From: an uncultured bacterium
GTDB lineage: Bacteria > Verrucomicrobiota > Verrucomicrobiia > Limisphaerales > UBA8199
Reading direction: 5' to 3'
DNA length: 64,000 nucleotides
NCBI GenBank assembly: GCA_963749495.1
Contig: CAVVMW010000004.1
Location: 448,001-512,000, forward strand
A program made the translations under genes and the position numbers. Within the stretch, counting starts at the first letter, position 1; every line of letters begins with the position of its first letter. Below the pieces are notes generated by a model. That model had not been told where the DNA came from, did not search any database, and saw nothing but the letters and a program-made list of their open reading frames with translations. Positions 29,201-41,200 of this stretch are shown in pieces.

Positions 29201-29335
29201 GGAGAAATTCAAAGTGCCAAGCACCAAGCACCAGAGCAACGCCAGATTCCAAACACCAACCCCGCGGCAGAATTCCTTGAAGCTGGCCGCCTGGCGTTTC
29301 ATGGGAACTCGGAATTCGGAACTTGGAATTTTCAT
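26237..29335 (-). CDS. secreted protein with FG-GAP/VCBS motif, Fn3-like/chitobiase module and TolB/PD40 beta-propeller (1032 aa)
   Basis: Signal peptide; GDFNGDGIPD; ISPPPGSY; PAWSPDG-type repeats. Confidence 0.85.
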   Translation of the reverse strand: MKIPSSEFRVPMKRQAASFKEFCRGVGVWNLALLWCLVLGTLNFSAQAAFVYESPAEFFSAGDFNGDGIPDVLVLDKLTGMARVGYSDGNGGLIWSAPLVTGLENVTGLGIEHFLAPTNDSIAVTAPAANHVNLVDLSQTNSAGAPNSLTPRGIGPHAVAGLALPQMPNAPGLPFLLIASSLNDAPAEQLDFLQWFGMPTYYGLLPESNSFERLNELNLDTNTATFAVGLARGATNDELHVWQFTNSPAVMLVFSNLPPGSDYAFGNFNGEALPRFIFYQRGGSNLTIVALLQTNGAYAFGPSLSVALSEAVQGVFTVNLGASDGTAIIQFGDGVQGLTLPGGSPALSAKYQTGAGAAGNGFVGVVPLTNGLFALLDAPPGGATSVHAQVLQFDGTSFTQISASNLPGVSSGNTRANVWLFQLEPFVNRSPGFIASLNSPDWADGVGGLPGTVQVPTEADAGSTNGLGNISTNNLGVPPTGSAFGLANQYSPAISLFSYSAPRAAETIPVTISPPPGSYGSPLRISFSFPATFNAGVRCRTGSADSWHSYSAPFFITNDAAIAFYGTNIFGTRSGLQTARYSLASPATSGSGTPVVIDPTNTNTPPVFSTNQLILSQDGTIFYGRRSAADLGTIWAINLDGSGDTYVTTGARPRVTADGRWLAFLREGTPFGNQGNVWLRDLQSGTESRLFANSNYITGYDWETNETALLLDYACGIWDLNTNGSLSALLNADCFDEAPVRNPADGRVAFHNLNPNGALAGLYMANADGSGRQRIVSTVPGASWPAWSPDGADLVFADGNNTNANAGKNLWLVHPDGSGLLQISGFTDTTNGFPHGALWSPDDSTLVSAGTIFGTNGLWLIPLTPDHAECDGAPILLPTTPGDAIDFAGSIVVAPSTTPVVTEPLGLFIREDASAVVVYWSTNFAGFTLQSADNLPAPAWNPVAGPYYLLGGYYQHAEPKAGLQFQKYFRLAYSGVTMVSPGQTPSIQLGTNSATGLWPAISAGFILESKTGLSPAVPWARVGGSYPAIVKP

Positions 29336-32300
29336 TCAGTTCGACGGAATGTCCACGGTGCCCGCGTCAATGACTTCCGCGACTTCGCGCTGGCCGTTCA
29401 TGCGGACAACGTAATAGTGGTAACGGGCGCCCAGGATCACCGGCTGCTGGTCGCGCACGAACATGGAATTCTGGAGGATATTCCCGCTCAATGGATCAAA
29501 CTCCATGCCAAACGCGATCAAGCGATCCGGGACAACCACCTTTGGCGAGAGGTGGGTGCCAAAGGGCGCCGGAGAATATTCCCAAGGGACGCTTTCGATC
29601 AACGGCGTCACCTGCGTGACGTTCCCGGAGACGCGCGGGAAAGCGGCGTTGGCAGCCTGCTGGCGATAGACCACGATCGGCAGCAGCGGATTGCCTTGGT
29701 GGGTGGGATCCGTCGTCGAGAGACGTTTGAACACCAAGGCCTGCGGGTCAATGATGAGCCCGAAAGGCAATGCGTAGGAGGCGAAATCGGTGGTATTCAC
29801 ATTGAAGCGCAGGTACTGCGAACCGAGTCCGTTGTAAATGCTGCTCAAGTCACCGATGCGGATGCCCACCGGATAGTGCGGATCGAGCGTCCGGTTGGGA
29901 TCCGCAGCAGCGCGGCAGACACCCGAGGGCTTAAAGAGGTGAGCGAAGCCGCCGGCACGTTTTCATCAAAGCCCTTCACCGGCGGCAACGACCGCGCCGG
30001 CCAGGGCACGGTTTGAATGGTGGGCGGCGGTTTCCAGGTGAACTTCCAATCTGCCGAGGCGTCACCCCAGTTGCCGTGGCTATCCTCGGCGGCGATGCAG
30101 ATGTCATACGGCACGTTGGGCAGCACGTTGGCCGTGATCGAGAATTGCGGGCCGGGGCCGAAGGTTGGACTGACCGGCGGCGTCAACTGCCATTCATCAT
30201 AAATGCTCGATAATCTGTGGTCGTTGAGGAGACCGTAAAACAACGGCCTCGGCTTGAAGGTGACGAAGGGCAACGGTTTGAACGCGTTCAACAAAATCAG
30301 TTTGGTGCTGAACAAGCCGCTGGGCTTGCCGCTGCCGGGCTGGTCGGCGCGGGTGATTCGGATTTGAAAACGATAAACGCCCGTCGTCGGACAAAACCAA
30401 GTCAACGCGACTTGCGGGTTGCTCGTGTCGCCAGCGGGGGCCGGCTCAGACAAGACGGGGCGCGGCGGTTTCGGCGGAACGACATCCTTGCAGCCAATCA
30501 AGGCCAGCGGACTGCCGTTGCCGTTCTCGTCCAGCGTTTGCACGAAATAACACAGCCGCGCCGCGCTCGGCGGCATCGCGTCGTCGGTGCGGACGATTTC
30601 ATTGCCCGGATTGTTGGTGTCGAACATCACGGCCGACTGCGCCAGGAGCGTCGGGTCGCCGCCGTTGACGCTCCGATAAAGCCGGTATTCGTGCGTGCGG
30701 GGCGTGAGCCGGAATCGCACGAGAATCGGCGCGATGGCGCCGCTGTTTCCGGCGCGGGCGACGTGCTGATCGCAATTGCCCTCGGCGGGCAAATTCACCG
30801 TGCAGCCGCGCACCTGCGGCAGCGGCCCGATGAGGCACGGACACAGATAAGCGGAATAAACTCCGTTGGTCTCCGGCGTCGCCACGCCGATGTCCGTCCA
30901 GAAAGTGGCGCCATCCATGTTCGTGCCGTACTGGATCATCATCGGTTGTCCGGCGCCGACATCGAACCGCATGTGCAACGTGCCGCTGGCGTCGGGGGTG
31001 GGATTGATTGCGGGCAGGCAGGCGCTTTGATTGAGGTTCACCGCCTGCACGAAAGGATCGCTCGAATTCAGCGCCGTGAACAGCAGTTCGCCGGAGTTGA
31101 ACACCGCCTCGGTGATCTGGTTGGTGGCGACGGGATTCGCCGTGAAGCACGATGCCGTGGCCGAGGTCACGCCGTAATAGGTGCCCACGGAGCAACTGGC
31201 CTGAAAGTTCAACGAGCTTCCCGGCCCCGGCGAGGCCGGCGCATAATCCACGGAAAGCGAATCCCCGTCGGGCGGAAAATACAGCGGCCCGAAGGTCTGC
31301 GCGCTGGTGGAGGCCGGATCGCCAATCACAATCAGCGCCCAGGCGATGCCCGCATCGCGCCGCGTCACGGTCACGCGATAATTCCAGTTGTTCGTGTCCG
31401 GGCCGTTTGGGTTCACGAGCGAATTGAAGTTTTGGAACACCACCACGGGCGTGCCGCAACTGCCGACGAGTTCCCCCGTGGTGGCCGGCGGCGCGGCGCG
31501 CTGACGCAACACCCCCGAGGCCGGCGGGCTGTTGGGCGAAAATAAAAGACCGCACGCCGTCTGGCTCACAGCGCGGACGGTGTACCAAAAATTGCTTGGC
31601 CCGGGCGTGCTTGGCGAGTCGGCGGCGGCATCCAGCACGGAGTTCAAGCTCGTGTTCGCGTTTTGCGCGACGACGGCGGCGAGATTGTTCGACGGCGTGG
31701 CGTCGTTGGTCAGGGCCATCGTGGGATTGGGCCAGCGATAAACCCAGTATTGCGTCACCACGTCGCTGACGTTGGTGTTCTGCAACCACGTCACGAGCAG
31801 GCGCGATTGATTGGTCGTGCCTGGCGCGATCGTGTTCTGCACCTGAAGTTTCGTCGGCGCGGACGGCGGATTCTTCCGGCACGCGATGGCCAGGCCGCCG
31901 GGCGAGACCAAACCGTCGCGGCCCAAAACATCCCGCGCGGTGATGAAATAATAAAACTGGTCGCCGTCGTTGAAGGGCGGCGCGAGATAGCCGGGCGGCG
32001 TGGTGCCGGCGGGAAATTGCGCGCTGCCCGGCAACCGGCCGTTGCTGTCGGAGAAAAAGTAAGTCGTGCGATCCGTCGCGTCGTCCGGCCCGCCGGGACC
32101 GGCCAGCGGCGCGTAATCTTGGGTCGCCATGACGGGATAGGAATTCACCAACGTGAAGTTCGGGTTCGATTGAAGCTGGCTGATCGTTGGCGGCGTGACG
32201 TTGAAACCTCCCGCCTGCGCCGCCGCGCTGGGAATGCGCCGGACGTTGAAGCCAAATTGCAGCAGCGACAGCCGCCGCAACGCGTCCGGCGTTCCCCAGC

Positions 32301-33045
32301 GCAACCGGATGCGCAGATGATCGCTCGGCGCGTTCGTCACGACTTGAAACGGAAATCCGGGCGCGGGCAAAACCGCCGGCGCGCCGGGCGTGATCGTGAC
32401 GCGGCCGACAACATCGCCCACGACGCCGGTGGTCGGATTGAATTCGCGGACTTCGTAGGTGGTCGTGGTGGAAATAACTTCGGCAAACGCCTGCCCGGCG
32501 CAGCGGGTGAGCCCGGGGTGCAACCGTTCCAAAACCAGCAGCTCGCCCGCCACCGAGGAATCCGTCGCGGCGGTTTGAAAGGCCGTAAGAACTCGTTGGG
32601 CGAGAGTTTGGCCGCTCGCACCGGGCACCTTGCGGGTCACCACGTTCAGCGCGTTGTTCAACGAGGGCAAATCATCGCCGAGCGCGACGGATTGGTTGAG
32701 CAGGCTGTCAACCGCGGACACATCGGTCTGTTGAAAAATGGTTCCGCGCGCAGTGAACGTGCCGTTGTCCGCCGGAAAACCGGCCTTGCTGAAAACGGCG
32801 AATTGTCTGCCCGCCAGCAGTTGGGGCGTGGGCGCGCCGAGCAGAACGTAGGACCAGTTTTGCAGGCTTGCGTCCTGGATGGTCGTGCCGACGGTGAAGA
32901 CCAGGTTGGAAAGCGGCTGCGCGGAAGCGGAGACGCCGAGGATAATTCCAAGCGCCAGCACCCAAGCCAACAAGCCGATGGAATTCCTGAAGCTTGCGGC
33001 TCGGAATTTGTCTGGCTCGGCCATTTTGGAATTCGGAACTTTCAT
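29336..33045 (-). CDS. large secreted fibronectin-III-like protein (~1235 aa; frameshift at ~29880)
   Basis: Signal peptide; YYFITARD..G, PSAPTKL, WYTVRAV, CYFVQTLD Fn3-like strands; ORF 29845-33045 continues in ORF 29336-29869. Confidence 0.8.
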
Positions 33046-33052
33046 TCGCGCT

Positions 33053-36000
33053 TCAGTAATCCACGAAATAATCCACGCCGTGCGTGCTGACCACGCCCTT
33101 GATGGTGACGCCTTTGCAGCCGCTGACGCAAAACGGACACGGGCCGATGCTGCCGCAGACGTTCGCGCTGCCGCCGACGGTCAGGCTGCCGGAAGTGTCG
33201 AGCGCGAGAAATTCCGCGAAGTCCAAATGCCCGCTCAAAACACAGATCAGCGAAATATCCACGCCCATTTTCTGGCGCCCGCCGATGGTGCCGAGGCTGG
33301 CGCCGCCTTGCCAATAATACGCCGTGGAAACCGTCGCGTCGGCGTTCAACACGCAGCCCAGCCCGCCCAAGCCCAGCAGGTCGGACAGCGACAGCCCGCC
33401 GCCGTATTGCACGTACACTCCCGTGAAATCCGCAGGATGGCTCAACAGGACTTGATCCGCTTCGGGGTCAACATACTTGAGAGGATCCAGCGAACAGGCG
33501 TGGCCGGCGAAAAGCCCCGCTTTCATGTTCACGGGAATGCCGAGGATCGGCACGGTGGCATCCAGCCGCGCGGCAAAATAATTTTCCATCTGGCCGATGG
33601 CGAGCGTCGCGCCGATGTCCTTCAACTCACAACCCTCGAAGCTGGCGCCGCCGCCGATGTCCAGCGAGCCGCCGATGCCCAGCACGGAGCCGCTTTGCAA
33701 GGTCCAGCGCGCTTCAACGTCCAGGGTCAGCGATTGCGCGCTCTGGCCCGACGTGACGCCGGCCCAGTTCAACGGGACTTTTTTCGCGCCCAGGGTGACT
33801 TCGGCGGACGGCCCACCGGGCGGGATGCAGCCGATGGGCACGGACTGAGAGTTCAACTCCTTGATGTCCATGTAGGCGTTAAAATCCATCTTGTCGGGAA
33901 TGTTCAACTGGATCGCCGCGTTGAGATGGATGTCGCGCAGCGAATCGCCATCGAAGGTGGGTGCGCCGCGAATTTTCGCGGCGGCCAGTGAACCGCCCAG
34001 CAAACCCGCGCCTTTCATCCCTTGGAAAATGCCGTCCTGCGCGCCCTGGATCTGTTGGGTGAGCGCATCGCGGATGGTGCCGTTGATCTGGTCGAACAGC
34101 GTGTCCATGAGCTGGTCGAGGAGGAAATTGTCGTCGCCGAGAAACGTCCGGAACGTCTGCTGATAATTCGCCGGCAGCGCCGAAGAAAGAAATGCCGTCG
34201 CGATCTGCTGGCGGATGGCCAGTTGGAGCGCGGCGGGGTTGTTGCTGAACAAATCGCCCGCCGGCGTCAGCACGCTGGCCAGATAATTGGTGAGATTTTG
34301 CGCGGCGGACTGGAGAAAGTTGGAAACGCCGGTGGCATCCTGCATCACCGAGCCGAGAGCCTCGTTGAAATCGCCGGACGTGGAATCCAGCGTGGCCTGG
34401 ACCTGGGCGAGTTGATTGCTGACCTGGTCGAGGTCGCTCTGAATTTCATCCAGCGTCGGAGCAATGTCCGTGAGCAGCGGGTTGATCGCCGCGTCGGCCG
34501 CGGGGCCAGCCAGCGCCCCGGCAAATCCCAGCTCCGGCCCCTGGTCGCTCACCAATTTCTGGATGATCGTGCTGATGACTTTGCGATCGCCCGAAGCGGG
34601 ATCCCGGGCGATGATGCGATCCAGCAGCCCGACGGTGTTCAGCACGTCAGTCAGCGTCTTGTCCAAAGTCAGCACGACACTGCCGGCCTGGTTGGAGACG
34701 TTGTTGAGCGCGCCGATGCCGGCGGCCAGCGGGCCGTTCACCAGCGTGAGGTCGGCATAGACCTGTTGGAGAAAAGCGGGAACGTTCGTTTGCGGAATCG
34801 CGGCCAGCGTGGGGTAAAGGTCCGCCACGATGGGATCAATTGTGGAGGCGAGCAGGGGATTGAAGAAACTCTGCGCATCTTCCCGCAGCGCCTGGGAAAG
34901 TTCGTTGATGCCGGTGGCGTCGAAGGTCTGGTTGAGCGCGCTGCGGACGGCGTTGGAGACGCTGAGGAGCGGGCCGATGTTGCCGTTGAGCGCGTCGTTG
35001 ACGGCGTCCAGCACTTTGATGCGCGGCAGTTGCACATTCAAATCCTGCGCGAAATCAGAATCCACCTTGCCCGGCGCGAGTTCCTTCAGCCGGCTGTTCA
35101 CGTCAATGACCGGCAACTCGACTTTCGCGTCCTGAAATCCGGCGAAACTGTGCAGCACGTTATTGAATTGCAGCGGGTAATCAAACTTCGCGACATCGAG
35201 CCAGTCGCGTTGGGCGCGGGGCCGGTATTGGGTCGAACTGGAATTGCGGTAGTCCTTGATGGGGCCGCCCGGCCAGCCATCGGAGTGCGGATCGAACTTC
35301 ACCAGGTTGAAATAATTGCTGCCGCTAACGCTCCAGCCAAGATCGGCGGCCGCCGAATCCGGCGCGGGCCAGCCGCCCATGATGTCCACCTGCGAAGTCG
35401 CCTGGCCGGTCGGCGTGACGTGCAAATGCACCTTGAGGTCGGTGAAGAACGGCACGCGGAGTTTTCCCGCAAGATTGCAGAAGCCGGTGCCGAGCGCCGC
35501 CGCGCCGGGCGTTTCCCAGTTGTTGAAATAGCCCTGGTTCGCCGTGGACAGCGCGAACATCGTGGTGCCGGGCCCTGGAGCGAAAGTTGCGCCGGCACGT
35601 CGAAACGCGAATCCACATTGGAGACGTTGTCCTGCGGGCAGACGAGGTTTCCGTTCGGTTTGAAGCCGAGCGCGGCGTGCAACGCCTGCGGGATGAACGG
35701 AAGTTTCGTTTCCACTCCGAGCACGAGGAAGCGCGGCGAGGTGCCGCAGGTGTCGTCGTTGGTGCCATGGAAGTCGAGGCTTTGCGGCGTGAAATCCACG
35801 TCCCAATACGCGAGGTGTTTTGCGCCGCCGCCCGAGGGAATGTTCGCCGAACTCAGGTCGCCGCGACAGGTGAGTTTCATGCGATCAAATTCCTGCGTGA
35901 ATCCGGCGGGCTGGGCCGGGAACGCAATCGCGCCGGTGGTGACCGATTCCCAATTCTGCCCGTCGAGAAAGGACAGCCCATAATCGCTGAAAGTGAAGTG

Positions 36001-39000
36001 GTAGCCGTAAAGCGAAAGCGTGTTGGGGAAAGACGCCGCCTGATGAATGCCATTCACGCCGCCGAAGCGAACGTAGTATTTCGAGATCGGATCCAACGGA
36101 TACGGGCCGACATTCGTCTGGCCGACGTAACTGAAACCCTGCGTGGGCGAACGGAAATTCAAACCGGGATAATTCGCGAAGCCGTCATTGTAACTCACCA
36201 GCCCGGGCCGCTCGAAGTACGACGGATCGGACGCGTCGCCGAAACCGGAAAACAAAATCACCGTTGCGCGTTGCGAATCGTCGAGCGCGGTTTGATCGGC
36301 GCGCAAAAATGTTCCGGCGGTGCAGAACGCGCCGCTGCTCACCTGGCCGGCCTGTTGCGCGAAATTTCCGCTGGGCGTGTAGCCCCACATCAGATTCACC
36401 GGCGGCACCGAACCATAAGCCAGCAGGCCGCCGTCGGGAGTGAAGCTGAGTTGTCCGCCGGCCGCGGCAAAAGGCAGCGTCGCCGGCCCGGCCTGCGCGG
36501 CGGCGCAGTCAACGTAAGTGCAATCGCGCCCGTACGCCACCGGCACCGGGCCGGTCACGCTGAGATAACTGCCCGGGCCGGCGAGACTGTTGGAGATGAT
36601 GAGCAGACCGGTGCCGGCGGGGATTTGCGCTCCGTTGGCGCGGCCGGCGTAGGGATAATGCGGGCGCAATTCCGGCGGATTCAGCGCGAGTTGCACGTTG
36701 ACCTGGGCGACTCCGTTGGAATCCGCCGTGACAATCAATTGGCCGCCGGCGGGGGACGCGTTGCGGAAATAGCCGTCGTTGGAAACGCGGTTGGTGAAAG
36801 TGGCATCCACCAAGTTGGTCTGGCTTTGCAGCAAATCGTCTTCCGGCTGGCGGACGAAACCGCTCGTGCCGTTTGGATTCAGAATGATTTGTCCGCTGCC
36901 GACCTGCCAGGTGAGATCGGGCGCGCCGAACCAGTAGGGCAAAGTTTCCTCGACGCCGAACAGCGGCCCGTTCACCACAAACGCCGTGTTTGCCGGATTC
37001 AGATTCGCATCGAGCACGACATAACCGAGCGGCGCGAAGCTGATGGTTTCGTGATTCGTCGGGCTGACGCCGAGGCTGAAGCCGAGCGGCATCAGCACGT
37101 TTGCGTAAGCGATGGCGCCCGTCGGTGTGAGCGACTCGCTCGAACGGCTGAACGAAATGTTCTGGATGGTGCCGGTGTCGGACGGCGGCGCGGTCATCGC
37201 CACCGTGCTCGCTGCAACGGCGTCGCCGCTGCTCAGGAGCACGGCGTTGATCGGTGTGCCGTCGCCGTAAGTGTGGCTCGGACTGGCGACGGCGTAGCCG
37301 GAGTTGTTGTTGACCGCGAGCACGGTGCTGACGCCGCCGCCCGCCGGCGCGCCGCGCGGTGGCGAATTGGAAAGGGAAGCAAACGCCGTGGTGAGCGGGC
37401 CAAACAGCAGGTTGCCGTCGAAGTGCAGCAACGGTCTCTGCGGCAGCGTGACCGTTTCCTGCGTCAACAGCGGCCCGCTGTTCACGCTGTAACTTTCTGT
37501 AACGCCCAGTTGAAACGCGTCGTTCGCCGAATCGAGCTGCATGCCCGGCTTGCGGCTCGACATCGAGCAGCGGCGATTGAATGACTCCGCCTGCGGAAGC
37601 TTGCGGCGCGGCGGCGAGAAAGGGCGACAGCCCAAGGTTGAACTGCGCGGTGTTGTTGACCAGCGGGACCGGCCCCGCCAACGCGCCTTGCAGCGAACTT
37701 TGCAGGCCCACGCTTGCGCTGGTCACGCCGCCAGCCGCGCCGAAGTCGTCGAGCCGTCGCACCCAAAACGGCGCGGTGGCCGCGAAACCGCGTTGCGCCG
37801 GAATGGTTTTCACCGCGAACTGCCGCGACCACTGCACCGCGCCGAGCGTGGTGTGAATGGCCGACGTGCCGTCGCCCAGAAACGCGGTCGAGCCGGTCCA
37901 AACCGGATTATTCGTCAGCATTCCGGTGTGACCCAATCCGGTGGCGTCGGCGGTGTTGGTGCCGGAGCCTTCATCCAGCCGCCAATACGCGACAAGGCCG
38001 GTTTCATTGCCGGCGAGTGGAAGGTTCTTGAGCGAGGAAACTTCGTTGGTCGCCAGCGCGCGGTTCCACAAAGTGACTTCATCTATGGCCCCGAGGAAAC
38101 GATTGGCGTAGCTGGAGTAACGGCCAATCTGGAGCGGTTCGGTGGAAGTTGTGCCGCCAATGGCGCCCGACCACGAGCTTTGCCCGACCACGGCTCCATC
38201 CAGAAAAAGTTTTCCGCCGCTCGCATCCACCGTGAGCGCAGCGTGGTGCCACGAGCCATCGGCCACCGCAGCCGTCGAAGTGGCGTCAACGGCATAATTC
38301 CCGTAGCTGTTGTTGCGATAATAAAAACCCCGCAGATGATTGTTTTGCACCACGAGCGTCCAGCCGTTTCCGCTGGCGTCGGCATATTTGCTGACGATTC
38401 CTTGAACGACATCGGCGGCGTTGGTCGTGCGGAACCACGCCGTGGCGCTGAACGGGTAGGAATTCAAATCGTCGGTGTGCGCCACCTGAACGTAGCCGCT
38501 GACGCCGTCAAATCTGAGGGCGTTGCCGGCGACTTGGTTGAAAACCAGCGGCGCGCTGGAGGCGACCCAGACGGGATTGCCGACCCAATTGCCCGTGTAA
38601 CCGTGGCCCGTGGCATCGCCGGCGGCCGGGCCGCCGTTTTCATCGAAGTGCCAGAGCGCGAGCAGGCCGTCCTCGTTCCCGTTGAGCTGGCGGTGCTTGA
38701 GATAATTGATTTCGGCGCTGCCCAGCGCGCGATTCCACAGGGTGACTTCATCAATCGTGCCGAGGAAGGGGGGCGTATTGGTGTAATACCGGCCGATCTG
38801 CAGCGGCTGCGTTCCGGTGGGCGACCCCGGCGATCCGGCCCAGTTTCCCGAACCGACCTGCACGCCGTCCAGATAAAGCTCTCCGCCGTTGGCATCCACC
38901 GCCATCGCCGCGTGGTGCCAGAAGCCATCCGCGACCGAAGCCGGCGTGGTCGCGTAAATCGCCTGGTCTCCGAGCGCGGCGGAATAGTAACCGGCCAAAT

Positions 39001-39274
39001 GTCCGTTCTGCACGACCAGGAACCAGCCGTTGCCGCTGCCGTCCACGTACTTGCTGACGATGCCGGACACCGCATTGGCCGTGTTGGTCGTCCGAAACCA
39101 GGCCGTGACGGTGAGGGGAAACGCGTTGAGATTGGTGTTGTGGGCCACCTGCACGCAAAAGCTGACGCCATCAAACTGCAAGGCGGAGCCTGGCCCCGCC
39201 TGGGTGCTGGCGACCGAGAATGCGCAGCCAAGCAAGGCCATGCACAACCCGCACGCTCTCAAAATGGATTGCAT
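33053..39274 (-). CDS. giant secreted protein with two N-terminal LamG/ConA-like domains (~2070 aa; frameshifts at ~37545 and ~35575)
   Basis: Tandem ALQFDG..WHHAA..LYLDG..LQIGRY..IDEVTLWNRAL repeats; three ORFs join with 1-nt shifts. Confidence 0.85.
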
Positions 39275-39400
39275 TAACACAGCGAATGCAAACTATACGC
39301 TTACGAGATAGGCGGCGCAATGTTTTTTCGCGACTCTCTGAAATGCCGAGCGCACGAGAGAATTCTTCCGCTGCACGATGGCACCGGCGGTGCGTGCTCC

Positions 39401-39627
39401 GGACGCCAAAGGCGTCGCTCATACCAGCCCAGGGCAACGCCCTGGGAACAGCCGCCAATAATCACCTGGAGCGCTGAAAGCGCGATTCATCCTCCGGGAG
39501 CTTTTTGAGGCAGGCCGTTGGCCTGCAACAGAATGCAATGTGCGGTGGACCCAGGGCGGCGGCCCGCCTGCGCTGCGCTCCGGCGGGCCTTGCCCTGGGC
39601 TGGTATGAACCAGGCCTTCGGCCTGAA
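39401..39627. repeat. REP-like element, family A (full length)
   Basis: First ~90 bp match 2350-2441; 39549-39602 is the inverse of 26155-26208. Confidence 0.85.
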
Positions 39628-39726
39628 CGCCAGCTTGGCGGAAGACCTTCACGGGCACCCGGACTTCGCCCTCGGGCCGGAGGTTGAGCGGGTCCGTTTG
39701 CAGACTCGGCGACCGCATCCGAGGTC

Positions 39727-41112
39727 TCAAATCTCCGTCCACTTGCCCGGCACCGGCACGGGATAGCGTCCTTGCGCGTCGGCCTGGATCGGCGGCGGAC
39801 TGTCGTCGGTCATTTGGTCAATGTTCGGGCAGAACTGGAAGTTCGACGCCATCGCCTCGTCCCAGGTGATGACCTTGCCCGAATGAACCGCCGCCCGGCC
39901 GATGATGTCGGCCAGGTTTGAGAGCGCGGCGCGCTTGGCTTCGTTGTGCGGCTTGTCCTGGCGGATCGCGTCCAGCAGGTTGTCCCACTCGGCCTGCCAG
40001 GGCGTGATCGGCTCCTTGGGCGCGCGCCAGGCGATGTTGCCGCGCTCGCAACGCTGGTCCTTGAAGATCTGCACCACGCCCTCGTGAACGTTGCCGGAGA
40101 ACTGCGCGGCGCATTTCGTGCCGTGCAGGTAAGTGGCGAAATCGGTGTGGCAGTTCGGCAGCCAGCGCACCACGTCGAACGCTTTCGTGCCGTCGGGGAA
40201 TGTCCATTCGATGGTGAACGAGTCGAGGCCCTGGCCGCAGTCGGTGTTGTCCGCCGCGCGCCCGCCGATGCCGTGCGCGGAAACCGGATAGGCGCCCTTG
40301 AGCCAGCAAATCTCGTCGATCTGGTGGATGTTCATCTCCGCGAAGAGCCCGCCGCTCACCCAGAGGAAATCCGTGAAGTGCTGGATCTGCCAGTGCAAAT
40401 CCTTCTCGGCCGGCGGACGCTTCGGCAGCCAGCCGCACGCCTGCATCCGGTAGGCCCGGATGAGCTGGATGTCCCCCAGCTCGCCGTTGCGGATGCGCTG
40501 GATGAGTTCCTGCCGGTTGCGCGAATGGCGGCATTGGAGGCCGGCGGCGATCTTGAGGTTCTTGTTCTCCGCCGCTTCGCCGGCCTTGATCACGCGCCGC
40601 ACCGCCGGGGGATCGGTCGCAAACGACTTCTCCATGAAAACATTCACGCCTTTCTCGACAGCGTATTCCAGTTGTGCCGGACGAAACCCCGCGTAGCCGC
40701 ACAGCATCGCCACGTCGCCGGGGCGCAGACAATCAATGGCCTTGCGCCACGCGTCGAAGCCCGTGAAGCGCCGCTCGGGCGGCACGTCCATCTGGCTGGC
40801 GTATTTCTCGGTGAGAACCTTGTGGGCGTCGGCCAGCCGGTTCTCGAAGAGGTCGGCCATCGCGATCATCTTGACCGGGCCGTTGGGCGAATCGAAGGCG
40901 TTGGCCGCCGCCCCGCTGCCGCGCCCGCCGCAGCCGATCAGCGCCAGGCGGATGATGTTGTTCTCCGCCGCGTGGACCAACGGGAGGGCCGCGCCCGCCA
41001 GCGCGGAGGCCGCGGCCAGCTTGCCGCTGCGCGACATGAACTGGCGGCGGGAAATCGGGGAAGTTGGCTCAGGGGAGGGGTTCGCCGCTTGTGTCTCAGA
41101 TTCAATTTTCAT
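39727..41112 (-). CDS. Tat-exported Gfo/Idh/MocA oxidoreductase
   Basis: SRRQFM, LALIGCGGRGSGA, VFMEKS, GLQCRH. Confidence 0.92.
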   Translation of the reverse strand: MKIESETQAANPSPEPTSPISRRQFMSRSGKLAAASALAGAALPLVHAAENNIIRLALIGCGGRGSGAAANAFDSPNGPVKMIAMADLFENRLADAHKVLTEKYASQMDVPPERRFTGFDAWRKAIDCLRPGDVAMLCGYAGFRPAQLEYAVEKGVNVFMEKSFATDPPAVRRVIKAGEAAENKNLKIAAGLQCRHSRNRQELIQRIRNGELGDIQLIRAYRMQACGWLPKRPPAEKDLHWQIQHFTDFLWVSGGLFAEMNIHQIDEICWLKGAYPVSAHGIGGRAADNTDCGQGLDSFTIEWTFPDGTKAFDVVRWLPNCHTDFATYLHGTKCAAQFSGNVHEGVVQIFKDQRCERGNIAWRAPKEPITPWQAEWDNLLDAIRQDKPHNEAKRAALSNLADIIGRAAVHSGKVITWDEAMASNFQFCPNIDQMTDDSPPPIQADAQGRYPVPVPGKWTEI

Positions 41113-41200
41113 TGCAGTGACCTTTTGGTGATGTGAATTGCCGCGGGTTTTGAACTGATGGCAGGAATTCGCTTTTCTTGACGCTCCGTGGTTCAGACAT

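Noticed and set aside
26444..39277. Long plus-strand ORFs (e.g. 28457-30016, 34022-35983, 35587-37584, 37541-39277)
   Set aside because: Antisense shadows of GC-rich minus-strand genes; no motifs.
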